Shown in pieces: positions 63,801-64,000 of a stretch of 64,000 nucleotides of DNA (its first letter is position 1; each line of letters starts with the position of its first letter). The stretch spans positions 1,178,001 to 1,242,000 of the forward strand of contig LSRY02000003.1 in assembly GCA_001643675.2 (NCBI GenBank), in the 5' to 3' direction. The position numbers and the translations under genes are program-made. The stretch is from Monocercomonoides exilis PA203 (lineage: Eukaryota; Protista; Preaxostyla). Below the pieces are notes generated by a model. The model was not told the DNA's origin, did no database searches, and saw only the letters and a list, made by a program, of their open reading frames with translations.

Positions 63801-64000
63801 TTGTGGGTATGAAATTCAGTTCAAACACAGCAAGAGTCGGGAATGATATTTTCATTGAATGCTTCAACATCACATCGCAGATCAATGAAACCCAATTCCA
63901 GTTTGATCTCCGAGAAGGCCATTACAATCGTTACAATGCGATATATGGAAGAGATGAGTGCAATTTTCCGGACGATACAGATCTGATTGAATTTGTGACG
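57821..64000 (+). CDS. Second giant receptor-like paralogue (runs off the window; absent from the ORF track)
   Basis: ATG at 57821 (MKVAFNIVTLLLLVANC). Colinear with 13100-19266, and the frame at the window end equals the start frame. Confidence 0.9.
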   Translation, partial: MKVAFNIVTLLLLVANCYYGEGIAERQYHQKWNVEMQEGKISIADKNRDNNYNFCNSLKKVIKSADNHICSIQTSLNIFNTSLCVTHLNIIPLSGCPLLTAQHHSAASICSSTCTIHPPSLTNNHHHHCPLFLSAHASLSLTNFSLTTHQPAILSFPLFSTPNNLLPHAHSPIPASFSISHSFFSSFVSLVQPFLFSPSSLSSPSPSPSPSLSSSPSSSSSSSSSSSFSSPSSSPSISSSPSPSLLYIHHQSHPHLHIHLNLHLSNTLFSNISSPQSHPSLPSLPSHSLNSFISTTSSSSSSSSSTNTNTNTIPSFSLHSSLSIHSTIFKHTHNPIDGAILPNLNSPSTSIFAFNTSFLHQTRSLSNAPVEYIGSQTQKLKPGRLTSFDVNSHRFEWCEWNNSYGGSDHGGALKVNCTNANLTITACSFNNCSCTGNGHGGALYCDYLLKIDITKSNFTSCSAAHGGANCIAGPQSNSDWIFSENRVESCSIAYWCGTGWYFRINNMTSNGQFLFSKCKCIANSGGDSAGSLTFYNPPSNKPSQFLIDDCQFINNKLTASSTYGGAAMCFYPSNSWMIGFKFITFCFFDSNTAANGRGNDVFFYGNSITQSPFENCGSTTPTQRVWNNNTADNTEYNGWLPLIAQNKIVANSGSDADACGRPQQTPCATIEYALNSFISLLQDASLTLLTSTFVPTQTLTFSAVDTKITGNGTTATTIASSGIPQPASSFSSSFPSSSSSSPDPSASSALFQQAQGSLTVSALAIAHNSTNQITPILFHLSDNSPSLNLNTTTITGTTSNSITTPLFFLTAGSLALNHTAITQLSLNSQSIFHLTSLTAPLTLNSSNITHITSTASPASCVLSSATSPALSLSLANCTIANIDSAPQNQQTATDGGCISFASSAPANSFSVSNTIFSTCSVSEDTSSGGRGGALMIEFNEGSQVSESSFSITNIVFSANKASVGRDMYFVCESFVASVKEPMFAFMGNITQKDNSVVGHDRTEAFGDWDVDLFIFFDGFFDSTIYVDGTSGVEEVYCGIEKAPCYNVNYGIGHLKRTQNTKQEIIVISNTLMAGFVDVGGICMKAKTETIVQIECKREVSGSEACVVESSSLTEIQFIEIIVPSSFNRTISAVIESSTQNGELHLKNCEMSVVGGKQNTIGFILIKSTGKMVELDSVTISDVKSTVSLFSISLSSSNVNEQEFKVKMLNCILERFEIDGGEEATVFGGSVGVGMAINGSKIEGALSEKSKEGGALKIVLNEGGFMTIENSTLTGCVCENMSEGGKGGGIYLDCSSNEEGFQLSSISFSGCSATVGKNMFVKSGNLVNSVKIERFAFDCTDYEDDGNAFVGEDGKYGEMDLRVFLVSLKWVEAYVSTGGHDTLGCGSEMFPCESMKSGIDHIDRSGTEGERKVKVRDEGTIEDSYSFTDALVIDGCVNEGDETKHKPIHFEGPIKGNSASSVISSTASLDLLSLKLQIPSQFVPSINTLISSSGDLQLENCLFEIRSTDIIQYSLITTTTGSCTLKGCSLTDCSFAKSPLVMASSVLFENSNFSNIVNTGSGEGGLATVTLKNEEDLVIISTNASSCSLSSSNGKGGFLYLDCENCLNENPFIFDTGVTFENNNATFGKNMFILAKDFNTSVTNISFKFEYSSMKDDKTLFVGSDDKHQEKDLFMFLIPYSSFEIFISLNGFDVTRCGSEEEPCKTMWKGMKNMKEENGKKTIHIEESTIIRDSFNVSNYQIKKDAKMGDENAKATLNFEKAVGSQLDYFMVNDIHLELSNIQFQLTSGFDNSAKTIISSKIGELVISECSFHSEAGANNGFDCVFVDVIGGTVEVNDLSIESCNVGNSIFAINNAVVVCHLVNVRVESLNESGECLLLIKGTESTTKINEADEKMSLKIDNSSFSGVKRSDNGPSILESKSEKKIDLVVKESNITEDKAEESEKGGAIFFTLGSSGSMKMIGSTISHCSCSNNTGRGGGVYLATKERGELNFTFVGMKFSSNTARVGNDIFIECFNITSQINETQFQFDLREGHYNRYNAIYGRDECNFPDDTDLIEFVT

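Overview
AT-rich, intron-containing eukaryotic DNA in the standard genetic code. The short GT-AG introns, pervasive poly-Ser tracts and giant beta-helix/TM/pseudokinase genes suggest an oxymonad such as Monocercomonoides (inference). The window holds ordinary genes: Cdc25/ACR2-type rhodanese, DNAJC17-like, NAC-beta/BTF3, ATG8, CEP104-like, an LRR-IQ protein and several hypotheticals. It also holds two paralogues of a ~3000-aa receptor-like family (13100-22131; 57821->end). The main structure, not visible in the ORF track, is a family of Merlin/IS1595-type DNA transposons with termini GGCATAGGT...ACCTATGCC, all carrying pieces of that receptor family. (1) 62-3217, with ~390-bp TIRs and decayed cargo. 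(2) 23151-36079, a 12.9-kb element with an 8-bp TSD (CAAAAAAG). Its ~3.19-kb inverted arms each contain a TA-flanked MITE and a ~690-codon truncated receptor-pseudokinase ORF, and they surround a broken ISXO2-like transposase. (3) 26732-30630, nested inside (2), with its own 8-bp TSD (ACTTCAAT) and another receptor fragment. All alignments were done by eye, so identities are approximate.
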